Assembly: GCF_001186125.1 (NCBI RefSeq)
Contig: NW_014040556.1
Coordinates: 147,787-211,786, forward strand
Direction of reading: 5' to 3'
DNA: 64,000 nucleotides
From: Sphaeroforma arctica JP610
Taxonomy: Eukaryota
Position numbers and translations under genes: made by a program. The stretch's first letter is position 1; every line of letters begins with the position of its first letter. Positions 54,050-63,255 of the stretch are shown here, piece after piece. Under the pieces are notes generated by a model, which made no database searches, was not told the DNA's origin, and saw only the letters and a list, made by a program, of their open reading frames with translations.

Positions 54050-54778
54050 TTAATAGTCGAAAATCTGTACAAAATCCTCAGTTCGGGCGTTTTCATTCCC
54101 ACAGAGCTTCAGTGCTTTTTTGAGATCGTAGACTCCGTATACAAACCCCGTTGTGTGTATCCACTCTATTAGCGATGAAATAAAGCGGTACGCGTCGCTC
54201 AAGTGTTTGGTTTCCGACTGCGAATACGTACTCTCTCCGAAATCGCCAATCACCGCCAAATTTCGTCCGCCGCGATTAATCACAAAAATGTTGGCGGCGT
54301 GTAAGTCGCCGTGGTACACACTACATTTTGACATTTCCTCGATAGAGTAAAAAACGTCAATAATGAGCACACGCAGTTCATCGTACTCAATCGAACCCTG
54401 TCGCAGAACCTGGGTCAGATCACCCGTGGCCAGTTCCATCGCCAAAATCAAATATGTATGCGACTCTGTCGTACACTGTTGTGCGTCGTAGTAATGTAAG
54501 ACGTAATCGGGGATCCGGTTGGTGAGTTCGTAGTGGATATCCACCTCCGATATGGCCTTGTTCATATTCGGCTCAAATTTTACAGCAACGGGAAAGCCGG
54601 AAACCTCCGTCTTGTAGACTACGGCCGACAAACTAGGTGATCCAATCCGGGCTCTTAGTGAAAGGTAGAGTGTACAGTTGAGCGCTGCGCGCAGTTTTTC
54701 CAGCTCGGTGTCATTAAGACTGTGAAACCGCGACTGCAGTTTGCGTTCCCACGGGATGTTTAAAAGTGATGTCTTCAT
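54050..54778 (-). CDS. Ser/Thr protein kinase-like protein with short C-lobe
   Basis: VAVK, alphaC Glu (ISEV), LAMELA, YHGDLHAANIF, IGDFG. Probable start MKTSLL at 54778. Confidence 0.8.
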   Translation of the reverse strand: MKTSLLNIPWERKLQSRFHSLNDTELEKLRAALNCTLYLSLRARIGSPSLSAVVYKTEVSGFPVAVKFEPNMNKAISEVDIHYELTNRIPDYVLHYYDAQQCTTESHTYLILAMELATGDLTQVLRQGSIEYDELRVLIIDVFYSIEEMSKCSVYHGDLHAANIFVINRGGRNLAVIGDFGESTYSQSETKHLSDAYRFISSLIEWIHTTGFVYGVYDLKKALKLCGNENARTEDFVQIFDY

Positions 54779-54905
54779 CTCTAAACTTGTGATTTGTAAA
54801 GTTACGATAACACTACTACTTATACTCGATTTACAAATCCAAATTAGATTTGCAAATGGACGACCGATCGATCCTTCGTGTCTGTCCGATGGACCTTTAG
54901 GGTGT
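54777..54905. promoter_or_regulatory. Dispersed ~120-bp palindromic cassette, copy 1
   Basis: Near-identical to 57450-57574 and 63138-63255; abuts the kinase ATG. Confidence 0.75.
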
Positions 54906-55029
54906 GTATTCAATAAAAATAAAAATAAATCACGGCCCCTCGCAACGTCGCGACGCCATTGCACGCCCCCTGGTACGCGCCCCCGTAGATCAGGTTGGTG
55001 CCCTTGAGCTCGCAGTTCGTGGTTTTGAG

Positions 55030-55112
55030 TACAAGGTACAACGTTCAAAGTTCAAAGTTCAAAGTTCAAAGTTCAAAGTTCAAAGTGCAAAGGTCAAAGT
55101 GCAAAGGTAAAG
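55030..55112 (+). repeat. Heptamer array B, about 12 units
   Basis: Direct reading; ends immediately before the ATG at 55113. Confidence 0.95.
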
Positions 55113-55901
55113 ATGGATGGGGTGTACTACACCGATAGTGGCAACGAATTGCTTGCATGTCTGGGAGGACCGAGCACGCCGAGTTTATACAACCAACTTT
55201 TCAGCAAACACGGCTCGCACGAAAGGACTGTGAAGGAACTCGTTGAGATGTTGGGAAGCCCGTGGCAAATTCCACAATGTTGGGACGATCCTTTCAAAGT
55301 TTACATGTCACAGTATCATCGTGAAATCAACGGCATACTTCGAAAATGTCCGTTGCCCAATTACTCTCCCAAATCAAACTATTTCTTTCCGTTCTTGAAC
55401 CGCCAATGCGCCAGTTTTCTCCCGTGCGTGTACAAACTAGACAAGCTGATCTACAAAACATACGCGAGTGAAGGACACGTTCTCGACGAACAGTACATGT
55501 ATAGAGGAACACCGCACAATGTACTGGACAAGCAAAACGTTCTGCGTGACAGCAGCGCTCTCGATCTGTTAGAGGGTCCCGTGCCCGGTATACATCTCGA
55601 TGAACCGGCCTTTTTGTCCTGTACGCCCGATATTGCACACGCGGCCCGTTTTGTTCACGGGTCGCCCTGCTGCATACTGCGGTTCCAAATACCGTCAAAT
55701 GTGCGCTACCACTACGATAAGCATACAAAGAATACCAGGGGAGACGAGTGTATTATTCAACGGAACACTACTCTCAAAAATTTCAAGTTCAACCCGAAGA
55801 AATGGTATGCCAGAGACGGTGGTAGCACGCGTATTGCGATCGTGGACTGTGAGTTGTACTCGAACGCAGAAGCACCGCCCAAATTTTTTAGGTACTTGTG
55901 A
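55113..55901 (+). CDS. VIP2/R-S-E-type ADP-ribosyltransferase, copy 2
   Basis: Y...YHREINGILR, YMYRG, FLSCT, ILRFQIP, GDECIIQRN: the R-S-E catalytic pattern is present. Confidence 0.78.
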   Translation: MDGVYYTDSGNELLACLGGPSTPSLYNQLFSKHGSHERTVKELVEMLGSPWQIPQCWDDPFKVYMSQYHREINGILRKCPLPNYSPKSNYFFPFLNRQCASFLPCVYKLDKLIYKTYASEGHVLDEQYMYRGTPHNVLDKQNVLRDSSALDLLEGPVPGIHLDEPAFLSCTPDIAHAARFVHGSPCCILRFQIPSNVRYHYDKHTKNTRGDECIIQRNTTLKNFKFNPKKWYARDGGSTRIAIVDCELYSNAEAPPKFFRYL

Positions 55902-55926
55902 AGTTCGCGTGGGAGACACGAATGTT

Positions 55927-55962
55927 AAAGTGCAAGGTTCAAAGTGCAAAGGTCAAAGTTCA
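55927..55962 (+). repeat. Heptamer array C, about 5 units
   Basis: AAAGTGCAAGGTTCAAAGTGCAAAGGTCAAAGTTCA. Confidence 0.9.
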
Positions 55963-55989
55963 TTTAGTCAAAACATTTATTCAAATCAT

Positions 55990-57423
55990 TCAAATCACAT
56001 CCGGAAGCAGCAGTGCAATCTCCCGTTCGCTGTACGCCTCGTACTTTCGAAACTGGTACGACTCAAGCGACCCCATCACCATGTCCACCACACACCGCCG
56101 CTCGCCCTTGCACACCCCAGACCCAACAGTCCGAACCGTCTTGCATTCTGGGCGCACATTGGCAGAGAACCGCTCCAGCAGATCTCTATGGTTCGTCCAA
56201 TGAAGCTTGGCGTACATCGGTGGCATCTGCCCCGACTTTAGTGGCACCACCGCCTGCGTCGCCAGCAGCTCCCGCAGGTTCGCGACCAGCGGCTCCCCAG
56301 TCGGCGACATGCGCCACCCCAAGAATTGTCGGTACATGTCTGTGCGGCGCTTCGTGGCTTCAATCTCGTGCAGGATCTTTTCATAAAACACAAGGATGTG
56401 ACCAGGCGGGATCTCCACCTTGGTCCGGTCCCGCCGCATCTGCGCCTTTAGCTCTGCGCTCAGCTTGACGGTTGCAAACCCCTTGTTGCCAGACACCACC
56501 TTGTGCGACCCGGCGATGCACGAAAAGTACTGAGCCGTCGAGTCCAGGTTCCACCAGCCCCCAAACACGAGATCGTCCGCCCCGGCCAGCTTGGCCTCGT
56601 CCCGGTGCCACGCCTCCGCCGAGGCCGATTCGCCCTTCTGTCGCACCATCATGCGGTCGACCACCTGCTCAAAGTACATTGGCCCGCCTCGTGTTCCAGC
56701 CAGGGGCGCCAGGAGGGGTCTGATGATCGCGTGCGCCCACACCCTAAGTAGGCGCACAGTGGGGTTGTGGAACGATGCCGGGTTCCCGAGCGCCCCAAAG
56801 CCACCCAGTACATACTTGCTGGCGTCCGCGTTGAACTCGGGGAAGTTGGCAATCTCCGCGTCAAAGTATGCCCTCGCCTGCGCCACGTCCAGGTCCGTCG
56901 GCACCACGGCGTACCCGTGCTTTTCGAGGTGCTCAAGCACTGTCAAATGGTCACCACCATTTCCAGGCCGTGGCTGCGGTGGTAGCGGACGGGGCTCGGG
57001 GGCCCTGGCAACAACGGCAACCTCCTCGGGTGGTCTTGGGCCGGCTTTGGAATCAACGTACGCTTGCAACATCGCATAGGCAACCACAGAGTCGTCAATG
57101 TTGACCCAGATCACACACCCCTGCTTGTGCTGGTACGGGAGCGCTCGCTGTAGCCGCACGGGCGACTCCAGGACCCACGCATACGGCGTCTTGTACCCAC
57201 TGTGCAGGGCCGGCGACCCGTGGCGGTCCGAGTGGCTTGCAAACACCTCGTTGTCCAGCTTGATACAGTCTACCAACTTGGCAAACCCGACCACCTTTTG
57301 TCGCCCAGACTCTACTAGGCCCACAAAGCCACGGTGTGTCGCTGGCGAACCGCGGATCTCCCAGGTCTTGTTGCCGCCAAGGATCAGGTCCAGGGGTGTC
57401 TTCTTGATTATGATTCCCTTCAT
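55990..57423 (-). CDS. ASCH domain fused to a 2OG-Fe(II)/PhyH-like dioxygenase
   Basis: N-terminal LILGGNKTWEIR (ASCH GxKxxExR) through YAWVL; Pro-rich linker; AWHRDE, IAGSH, GHILVFYEKILHE and a distal Arg (HxD...H...R). Confidence 0.8.
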   Translation of the reverse strand: MKGIIIKKTPLDLILGGNKTWEIRGSPATHRGFVGLVESGRQKVVGFAKLVDCIKLDNEVFASHSDRHGSPALHSGYKTPYAWVLESPVRLQRALPYQHKQGCVIWVNIDDSVVAYAMLQAYVDSKAGPRPPEEVAVVARAPEPRPLPPQPRPGNGGDHLTVLEHLEKHGYAVVPTDLDVAQARAYFDAEIANFPEFNADASKYVLGGFGALGNPASFHNPTVRLLRVWAHAIIRPLLAPLAGTRGGPMYFEQVVDRMMVRQKGESASAEAWHRDEAKLAGADDLVFGGWWNLDSTAQYFSCIAGSHKVVSGNKGFATVKLSAELKAQMRRDRTKVEIPPGHILVFYEKILHEIEATKRRTDMYRQFLGWRMSPTGEPLVANLRELLATQAVVPLKSGQMPPMYAKLHWTNHRDLLERFSANVRPECKTVRTVGSGVCKGERRCVVDMVMGSLESYQFRKYEAYSEREIALLLPDVI

Positions 57424-57449
57424 TCTTCCGTGTGTCTTGAATATCTTGA

Positions 57450-57574
57450 ATCTCTAAACTTGTGACTTGTAAAGTTACGATAACACTACTACTTATACTC
57501 GATTTACAAATCCAATTTGGATTTGCAAATGGACGACCAATCGATCAATCGTGTCCTATGGACCTTTAGGGTGT
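57450..57574. promoter_or_regulatory. Dispersed ~120-bp palindromic cassette, copy 2
   Basis: Contains the 29-bp imperfect palindrome ATTTACAAATCCAATTTGGATTTGCAAAT at 57502-57530. Confidence 0.75.
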
Positions 57575-57872
57575 AGGGTTTGCTTGAAGGGCCCGCAGCC
57601 TGCTCAAGTTCAAAGCACATCGCACCATAGGGCCTCCCCACTAGGCTTCGTCGCCCCCGCAAGACTCCCGTCAAGGGGGTCCAAGACCATGCGCCCCCAC
57701 CCCCGCCCTGGTACGCATCCCCGTAAGACCCTTGTACAAAAAAAAAACTTTTTCGGAAACACTTGCTGCAAACAATGTACACTTGTCACATTCTAGAAAT
57801 TCATAAGGGTTCAAGATATTGGATGACAATAAACCACACACATACAACAACAAATAAAAATATAAAAACAAA

Positions 57873-60335
57873 ATGGGTTGGTCTATAGGGACAACAAATG
57901 TCCGCTTAGGTCGATACGCCGGTAACACCAATCAGGCGACGTCGGCAGTCGCCGTTGGAAACAGGGCCGGTAACATAGACCAGTCCAGTGAGGCCATGGC
58001 TTTGGGAGCTAATGCCGGTCGCAAATTACAGGGGGTAAAAGCCATAGCCATAGGTAGCAGCTCCGGTGAGACAGACCAGGGTGAAAGTGCCATTGCGGTA
58101 GGTTCGGATGCCGGGCATGTCAACCAGGGTGTAGACGCTGTCGCTGTCGGTAGCTCTGCCGGTGAAACTAACCAGGGGTCCAATGCCGTGGCAATTGGAA
58201 AGCATGCGGGTAAGTACGCGCAGGCCGACAACAGCATCATTCTGAATGCAACGGGTGTTGCGCTAAGCTCGAGCACCGCGGGGTTGTTTATAGAACCTAT
58301 CCGAAACGTAGACTTGACGGACAATATATTGTACTACGACCCTACATCGAAAGAAATTGTGTACGGGGCGGCCCCGGCACAGGCCCCGGCGGACACGGGT
58401 GCCACGGTTGATGCGGGGATCAATATCAACGATTTTCTGGTGTGGAACGGAACAAAGTGGGTCCCCAAAATCAGCGTGGGTGGCAGTGTGAATATCGCAA
58501 CTGGTGCGGGTGAGACGAACCAGGGTAGTGGCGCGGTGGCTGTGGGCAACGACGCCGGAAACTCCGACCAGGGTAAAGATGCTGTTGCGGTGGGTAACGA
58601 GGCCGGGCGCGACAAGCAGGGTGCGAATTCGATTTCGGTAGGGAACAAGGCCGGGGCCACCGGCCAGGGTGCGAACGCGGTGGCCGTTGGCAACGAGGCT
58701 GGAAGCAGCAGCCAGGGCGATGGCGCCGTGGCGATGGGGAATAATGCCGGAAAGACAGACCAGGGCACGAGCGCCGTGGCCGTGGGCGTCAAAGCCGGGA
58801 TGACCACCCAGGGGGACAATGCAATTGCCGTCGGGAACGATGCCGGGAAGATGGACCAGGGGGCAAGTGCAGTGGCCGTTGGCGATATGGCCGGTGAAAC
58901 AACACAGGCCGCGGGCGCAATCGCAATAGGTGCGGAGGCGGGAAACACCAATCAGGGTGCCTGTGCGGTGGCCATTGGAAATAAGGCCGGTGAAGTGGAC
59001 CAGGCGGACAACAGCATAGTTCTGAATGCGAGTTGCAGTACACTGAATGCGGGCACAACGGGGCTGTTTGTGGACCCGATTCGCAACGTCGACATGACGG
59101 ATAATGTCTTGTACTACGATGAGACGCTAAAGGAGATTGTATACGGGGCCTCGATCACGGTGCCCACAGTGGGTACCGGCACGGAAGTGTCCCAGTACTT
59201 GCGCTGGGATGGGACAAGCTGGGTTGCTTACGGTGATCGGGTCGCCATTGGCAACCTGGCCGGAGAGACCTCGCAGAGTGTGAATGGGGTTGCGATAGGC
59301 ACGAATGCTGGCAACGCGAATCAGAGTACTGATGCGATTGCAATTGGGCTCAGCGCCGGTATGACGGATCAGGGGGAGTCAGCGGTTGCCATAGGAACAG
59401 AGGCCGGGATGGAGTCGCAAAGTGGAGGTATTGCTATCGGGACCAGGGCCGGCAGGACCAGTCAAGGTGCGATGTCCGTTGCGGTAGGTGAAGATGCAAT
59501 GTATGAAAACGGTGGTCAACTATCGGTGGCTGTTGGAAAGTCGGCGTGTTATTCTGGAGACGGTGGCAGTTGTGTGGCTGTAGGGTATGGGGCGCTTGAG
59601 TCTAACGCGGGAGCCACCGAGTACGCGGTGGCACTCGGTGCCCTGGCGTGCAATACCGTGTCTTCCAGCAATACAATTACGCTGAACGCAACGTCACTGG
59701 ACCTCCCAAATGCGGTACCCAATTCGTTCGTCGTCAAACCCATCAGGAACGCGGCGGGTCCAAACGCGCTAACGTACAACCCCGCAACGGGCGAGATTAC
59801 GTATACGACATCAAGCCTGGACACCAAGGAGAACATTAAGGTATTCGATAGGGAAATTGGTGATGTGCTCGAGCAGTTGGTGGTCAAGGAATTCAACTTT
59901 ATAAACAAGAACAAGTATACACAATTCGATGCAGTTGACGAAGATATCATGTCGTTTGACACGTGGGTGGAAACCAGCCCCAAAGCCAGGGGCAGTTACG
60001 ATGAACAGGTGGTGGAAGAGTACGAACTGTACCGAAAGAAGGTCAAGGTAGGTGAGTGTCATGTTATAGACAAGGAGGAGACGCACTTTGGGTTTATAGC
60101 CGGCGAAGTCCAGGAAATTATGCCGGAGCTCGTGTACGACGACATTGACGGCGTGGCGCTGGATATCAAGTGGAACAATCTCACGGCCATGCTGGTAAAA
60201 CAGAACCAAATGTTAACGGCGCAGCTTGCGGTTCTTGAGGATCGGTGCTTGGACCTTGAAAACAGCAGCGTGTTGGCTACAGGGCACATAGGCGATGAGC
60301 TAGAAAAGAAAGAAGAAAAAAAAATAGTCTTTTAG
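57873..60335 (+). CDS. YadA-head-like repeat fibre protein with C-terminal intramolecular chaperone (peptidase S74), copy 1
   Basis: 16-aa repeats (AVAVGxxAGxxxQGxx); TSSLDTKENIK; FGFIAGEVQEIMPELV; terminal coiled coil. Confidence 0.85.
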   Translation: MGWSIGTTNVRLGRYAGNTNQATSAVAVGNRAGNIDQSSEAMALGANAGRKLQGVKAIAIGSSSGETDQGESAIAVGSDAGHVNQGVDAVAVGSSAGETNQGSNAVAIGKHAGKYAQADNSIILNATGVALSSSTAGLFIEPIRNVDLTDNILYYDPTSKEIVYGAAPAQAPADTGATVDAGININDFLVWNGTKWVPKISVGGSVNIATGAGETNQGSGAVAVGNDAGNSDQGKDAVAVGNEAGRDKQGANSISVGNKAGATGQGANAVAVGNEAGSSSQGDGAVAMGNNAGKTDQGTSAVAVGVKAGMTTQGDNAIAVGNDAGKMDQGASAVAVGDMAGETTQAAGAIAIGAEAGNTNQGACAVAIGNKAGEVDQADNSIVLNASCSTLNAGTTGLFVDPIRNVDMTDNVLYYDETLKEIVYGASITVPTVGTGTEVSQYLRWDGTSWVAYGDRVAIGNLAGETSQSVNGVAIGTNAGNANQSTDAIAIGLSAGMTDQGESAVAIGTEAGMESQSGGIAIGTRAGRTSQGAMSVAVGEDAMYENGGQLSVAVGKSACYSGDGGSCVAVGYGALESNAGATEYAVALGALACNTVSSSNTITLNATSLDLPNAVPNSFVVKPIRNAAGPNALTYNPATGEITYTTSSLDTKENIKVFDREIGDVLEQLVVKEFNFINKNKYTQFDAVDEDIMSFDTWVETSPKARGSYDEQVVEEYELYRKKVKVGECHVIDKEETHFGFIAGEVQEIMPELVYDDIDGVALDIKWNNLTAMLVKQNQMLTAQLAVLEDRCLDLENSSVLATGHIGDELEKKEEKKIVF

Positions 60336-60439
60336 GTAGTACGCCAAGTTAAGAATCAGACATTGTATACTTGTCACATTCCGAAATTCCATCGGTGGTG
60401 GAATAGAATCACCTAAAGTAAAACACTTACATTACCATA

Positions 60440-62800
60440 ATGTTGTCGACTGGGGGGACAACCAATGTCCGTCTTGGTCGAAGCGCCGGTAACACCAATC
60501 AGTCGAGGTCGGGAGTTGCTGTTGGGAACAACACGGGCAGCCTGAATCAGTCTAGTGGGGCCACGGCTATTGGACAGAGTGCTGGTCACAACTCACAGGG
60601 TGCAGATGCCTTAGCCGTAGGTAGCAACTCCGGCGAGACAGACCAGAGTAAAGGTGCCATTGCGGTGGGTTCGGATGCCGGGCGCGTCAACCAGGGTGTG
60701 GACGCTGTGGCTGTCGGTAGCTCTGCCGGTGAAGCTAACCAGGGGCCTAGTGCCGTGGCTATTGGAAAGCTCGCGGGTAACTACTCGCAGGCCGCAAAAA
60801 GCATTATTATCAACGCGAGTGGCAATGTATTGAACTCCAGCACAAACGGGCTGTTTGTGGACCCGATCCGCAATGTCGACATGACGGACAACGTGTTGTA
60901 CTACAACCCCATATTGAAAGAGATTGTATACGGGGCAGCTACGATGCAGTCACCCACGTACAGTGGTGACACGTTCGTAGAAGAAGGGGTGCACCTGAAC
61001 GACTTTTTATCGTGGGACGGGACCAGGTGGGTGCCGAATCGGAACTCGACGGGCCGCGTAGGCATTTCGAGCGGTGCCGGTGAAACGAACCAGGGTCCGG
61101 GTGCAGTGGCCGTGGGCAACGATGCCGGAAATGCCGACCAAGGCAAGGAAACTCTAGCAGTTGGTAACAACACGGGCTCCGACGACCAGGGTGCAAACTC
61201 GGTTGCAGTAGGAAATGGCGCTGCTAGTACTAGCCAGGGGGGTGCGGCGGTGGCGATTGGACACGAGTCTGGGATGGCAAACCAGGGCGATGTGGCAGTG
61301 GCGGTGGGGACTGGGGCCGGGAAGAGTGGTCAATCGGCGAGCGCCGTGGCGATTGGAAACGAGTCTGGGATGGCAAACCAGGGCGATGTGGCAGTGGCGG
61401 TGGGGACTGGGGCCGGGAAGAGTGGTCAATCGGCGAGCGCCGTGGCTATCGGAGAAATGGCCGGTCAGACAAACCAGGGCGCGAAGGTCGTCGCGATAGG
61501 CACTGACGCTGGAAAAACCAACCAGGGTAGTTGCGCCGTGGCGATTGGGAAAAAGGCCGGGGAACTGGACCAGGCGGACAACAGTATTATCCTGAATGCC
61601 ACAGGTGTGGCAGTTAACGCGAGCACCAGCGGATTTTTTGTGGATCCGATCCGCAACGAGAACCGCACGGACAAAGTGCTATATTACAATACAACACTGA
61701 AGGAAATTGTGTACGGAATACCCGTTGCTGCTGCGGAACCCAGTGAGCCGGTTCCGGACGGGGTGACCGTTTCCGGTTTCCTCGGGTGGGACGGAACGGG
61801 TTGGGTGACTGGAACAGTTGGCATTGCGATTGGATCACTATCTGGTGTGGGTCAGGATACAGATGCTATTGCTATAGGTTTCGGAACGGGCAGCGCTCAG
61901 AAATTCAATGCGATTGCAATCGGGAATGGTACGGCTAGTACCGGCCAGCGACCCGTTGCGATCGCTATAGGGAGCGGATCAGGTCTCTTATACCAGATGC
62001 CGTCTGCAATAGGTATCGGGAGGGACTCGTCGAAATATTTATCTGGTTCCGGATCGGTGGCAATAGGTACATCGGCAATGCAGGGGGGCAGTAGTGAATT
62101 AACTGGTGGTTTCGCCAGTATAGCATTGGGGTTTGCCGCATGTAGCGATGGGGTTCAAGAATACTGTACATCATTGGGGGCTCATTCCATGTCGTCAAAC
62201 GCAACAGACCGAACGGATGTACTGGCAATCGGAGTATATGCTTGTAATTCTGTATCGTCAAACAATACGATCGTACTCAACGGGACTGGTGCGGGGTTGG
62301 GAAACGCGGTACCCGATTCGTTTGTGGTCAAACCGATCCGGAATGCGGCCGGCCCCAATGAGCTGACATATAATCCTGTGACGGGGGAGATTACGTATGC
62401 GACGTCAAGTCTGGAGACTAAGGAAAACATTAAAGTATTCGATAGGGAAACTGGGGATATACTCGAGCAGTTGGTGGTCAAGGAATTCAACTTTAAAAAT
62501 AAGAACAAGTATATCCACTATGACCCGGTGGACCCCGCCACCATTCTAACGGTTGCCGAGTGGGACGAAATCGGGGACGAAGTTATCGACAAGGGTGAGA
62601 CGCAGTTTGGATTTGTTGCGGATGAGGTACAGGAAATCATACCAGAACTCGTATACGCCGATCCAAGCGGCGCGGCACAGAACATTAAGTGGAACAGTGT
62701 GACGGCGATGCTGGTAAAACAGAACCAGGCGCTCACATCCAGAATTGCAGCTCTCAGTGCCCGATTCACGACCCTCTCAAATTTAGGGTTTGGCAGTTAG
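60440..62800 (+). CDS. YadA-head-like repeat fibre protein with S74 chaperone, copy 2 (tandem paralogue)
   Basis: Same architecture; TSSLETKENIK and FGFVADEVQEIIPELV. Confidence 0.85.
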   Translation: MLSTGGTTNVRLGRSAGNTNQSRSGVAVGNNTGSLNQSSGATAIGQSAGHNSQGADALAVGSNSGETDQSKGAIAVGSDAGRVNQGVDAVAVGSSAGEANQGPSAVAIGKLAGNYSQAAKSIIINASGNVLNSSTNGLFVDPIRNVDMTDNVLYYNPILKEIVYGAATMQSPTYSGDTFVEEGVHLNDFLSWDGTRWVPNRNSTGRVGISSGAGETNQGPGAVAVGNDAGNADQGKETLAVGNNTGSDDQGANSVAVGNGAASTSQGGAAVAIGHESGMANQGDVAVAVGTGAGKSGQSASAVAIGNESGMANQGDVAVAVGTGAGKSGQSASAVAIGEMAGQTNQGAKVVAIGTDAGKTNQGSCAVAIGKKAGELDQADNSIILNATGVAVNASTSGFFVDPIRNENRTDKVLYYNTTLKEIVYGIPVAAAEPSEPVPDGVTVSGFLGWDGTGWVTGTVGIAIGSLSGVGQDTDAIAIGFGTGSAQKFNAIAIGNGTASTGQRPVAIAIGSGSGLLYQMPSAIGIGRDSSKYLSGSGSVAIGTSAMQGGSSELTGGFASIALGFAACSDGVQEYCTSLGAHSMSSNATDRTDVLAIGVYACNSVSSNNTIVLNGTGAGLGNAVPDSFVVKPIRNAAGPNELTYNPVTGEITYATSSLETKENIKVFDRETGDILEQLVVKEFNFKNKNKYIHYDPVDPATILTVAEWDEIGDEVIDKGETQFGFVADEVQEIIPELVYADPSGAAQNIKWNSVTAMLVKQNQALTSRIAALSARFTTLSNLGFGS
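61250..61446 (+). repeat. Near-perfect in-frame 96-bp tandem duplication inside fibre 2
   Basis: Units start at 61250 and 61346 (32 aa each). Confidence 0.9.
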
Positions 62801-62824
62801 AGTCCCTCGCCTGCTTCGCGGGAT

Positions 62825-63018
62825 TACAAGGTTCAAAGTTCAAAGTTCAAAGTACAAGGTTCAAGGTTCAAAGTTCAAGGTTCAAGGTTCAAAGTTCAAA
62901 GTTCAAAGTACAAGGTTCAAGGTTCAAAGTTCAAGGTTCAAGGTTCAAAGTTCAAAGTTCAAAATGCAAAGTTCAAAATGCAAAGGTCAAAGTGCAAAGG
63001 TCAAAGTGCAAAGTTCAA
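62825..63018 (+). repeat. Heptamer array D, about 27 units
   Basis: Direct reading. Confidence 0.95.
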
Positions 63019-63137
63019 TAAGTGCTTGGGATTGTCCGAGGTGTCTCGCGGGCGTTTTATGAAAACCTCTTATTAAATCACCCTTTATTCAATTTTGCCC
63101 TGTCAATAAAAATTAAAAAAATCACGGCCCCTCGCAG

Positions 63138-63255
63138 TAAACTTGTGACTTGTAAAGTTACGATAACACTACTACTTATACTCGATTTACAAATCCAAAT
63201 TGGATTTGCAAATGGACGACCAATCGATCAATCGTGTCCTATGGACCTTTAGGGT
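63138..63255. promoter_or_regulatory. Dispersed ~120-bp palindromic cassette, copy 3
   Basis: Differs from copy 2 mainly at the central base of the palindrome. Confidence 0.75.

Noticed and set aside
54779..55048. N-terminal 90 aa of the 332-aa kinase ORF
   Set aside because: It reads through the non-coding repeat cassette from a non-ATG start; the other cassette copies are not fused to genes in this way.
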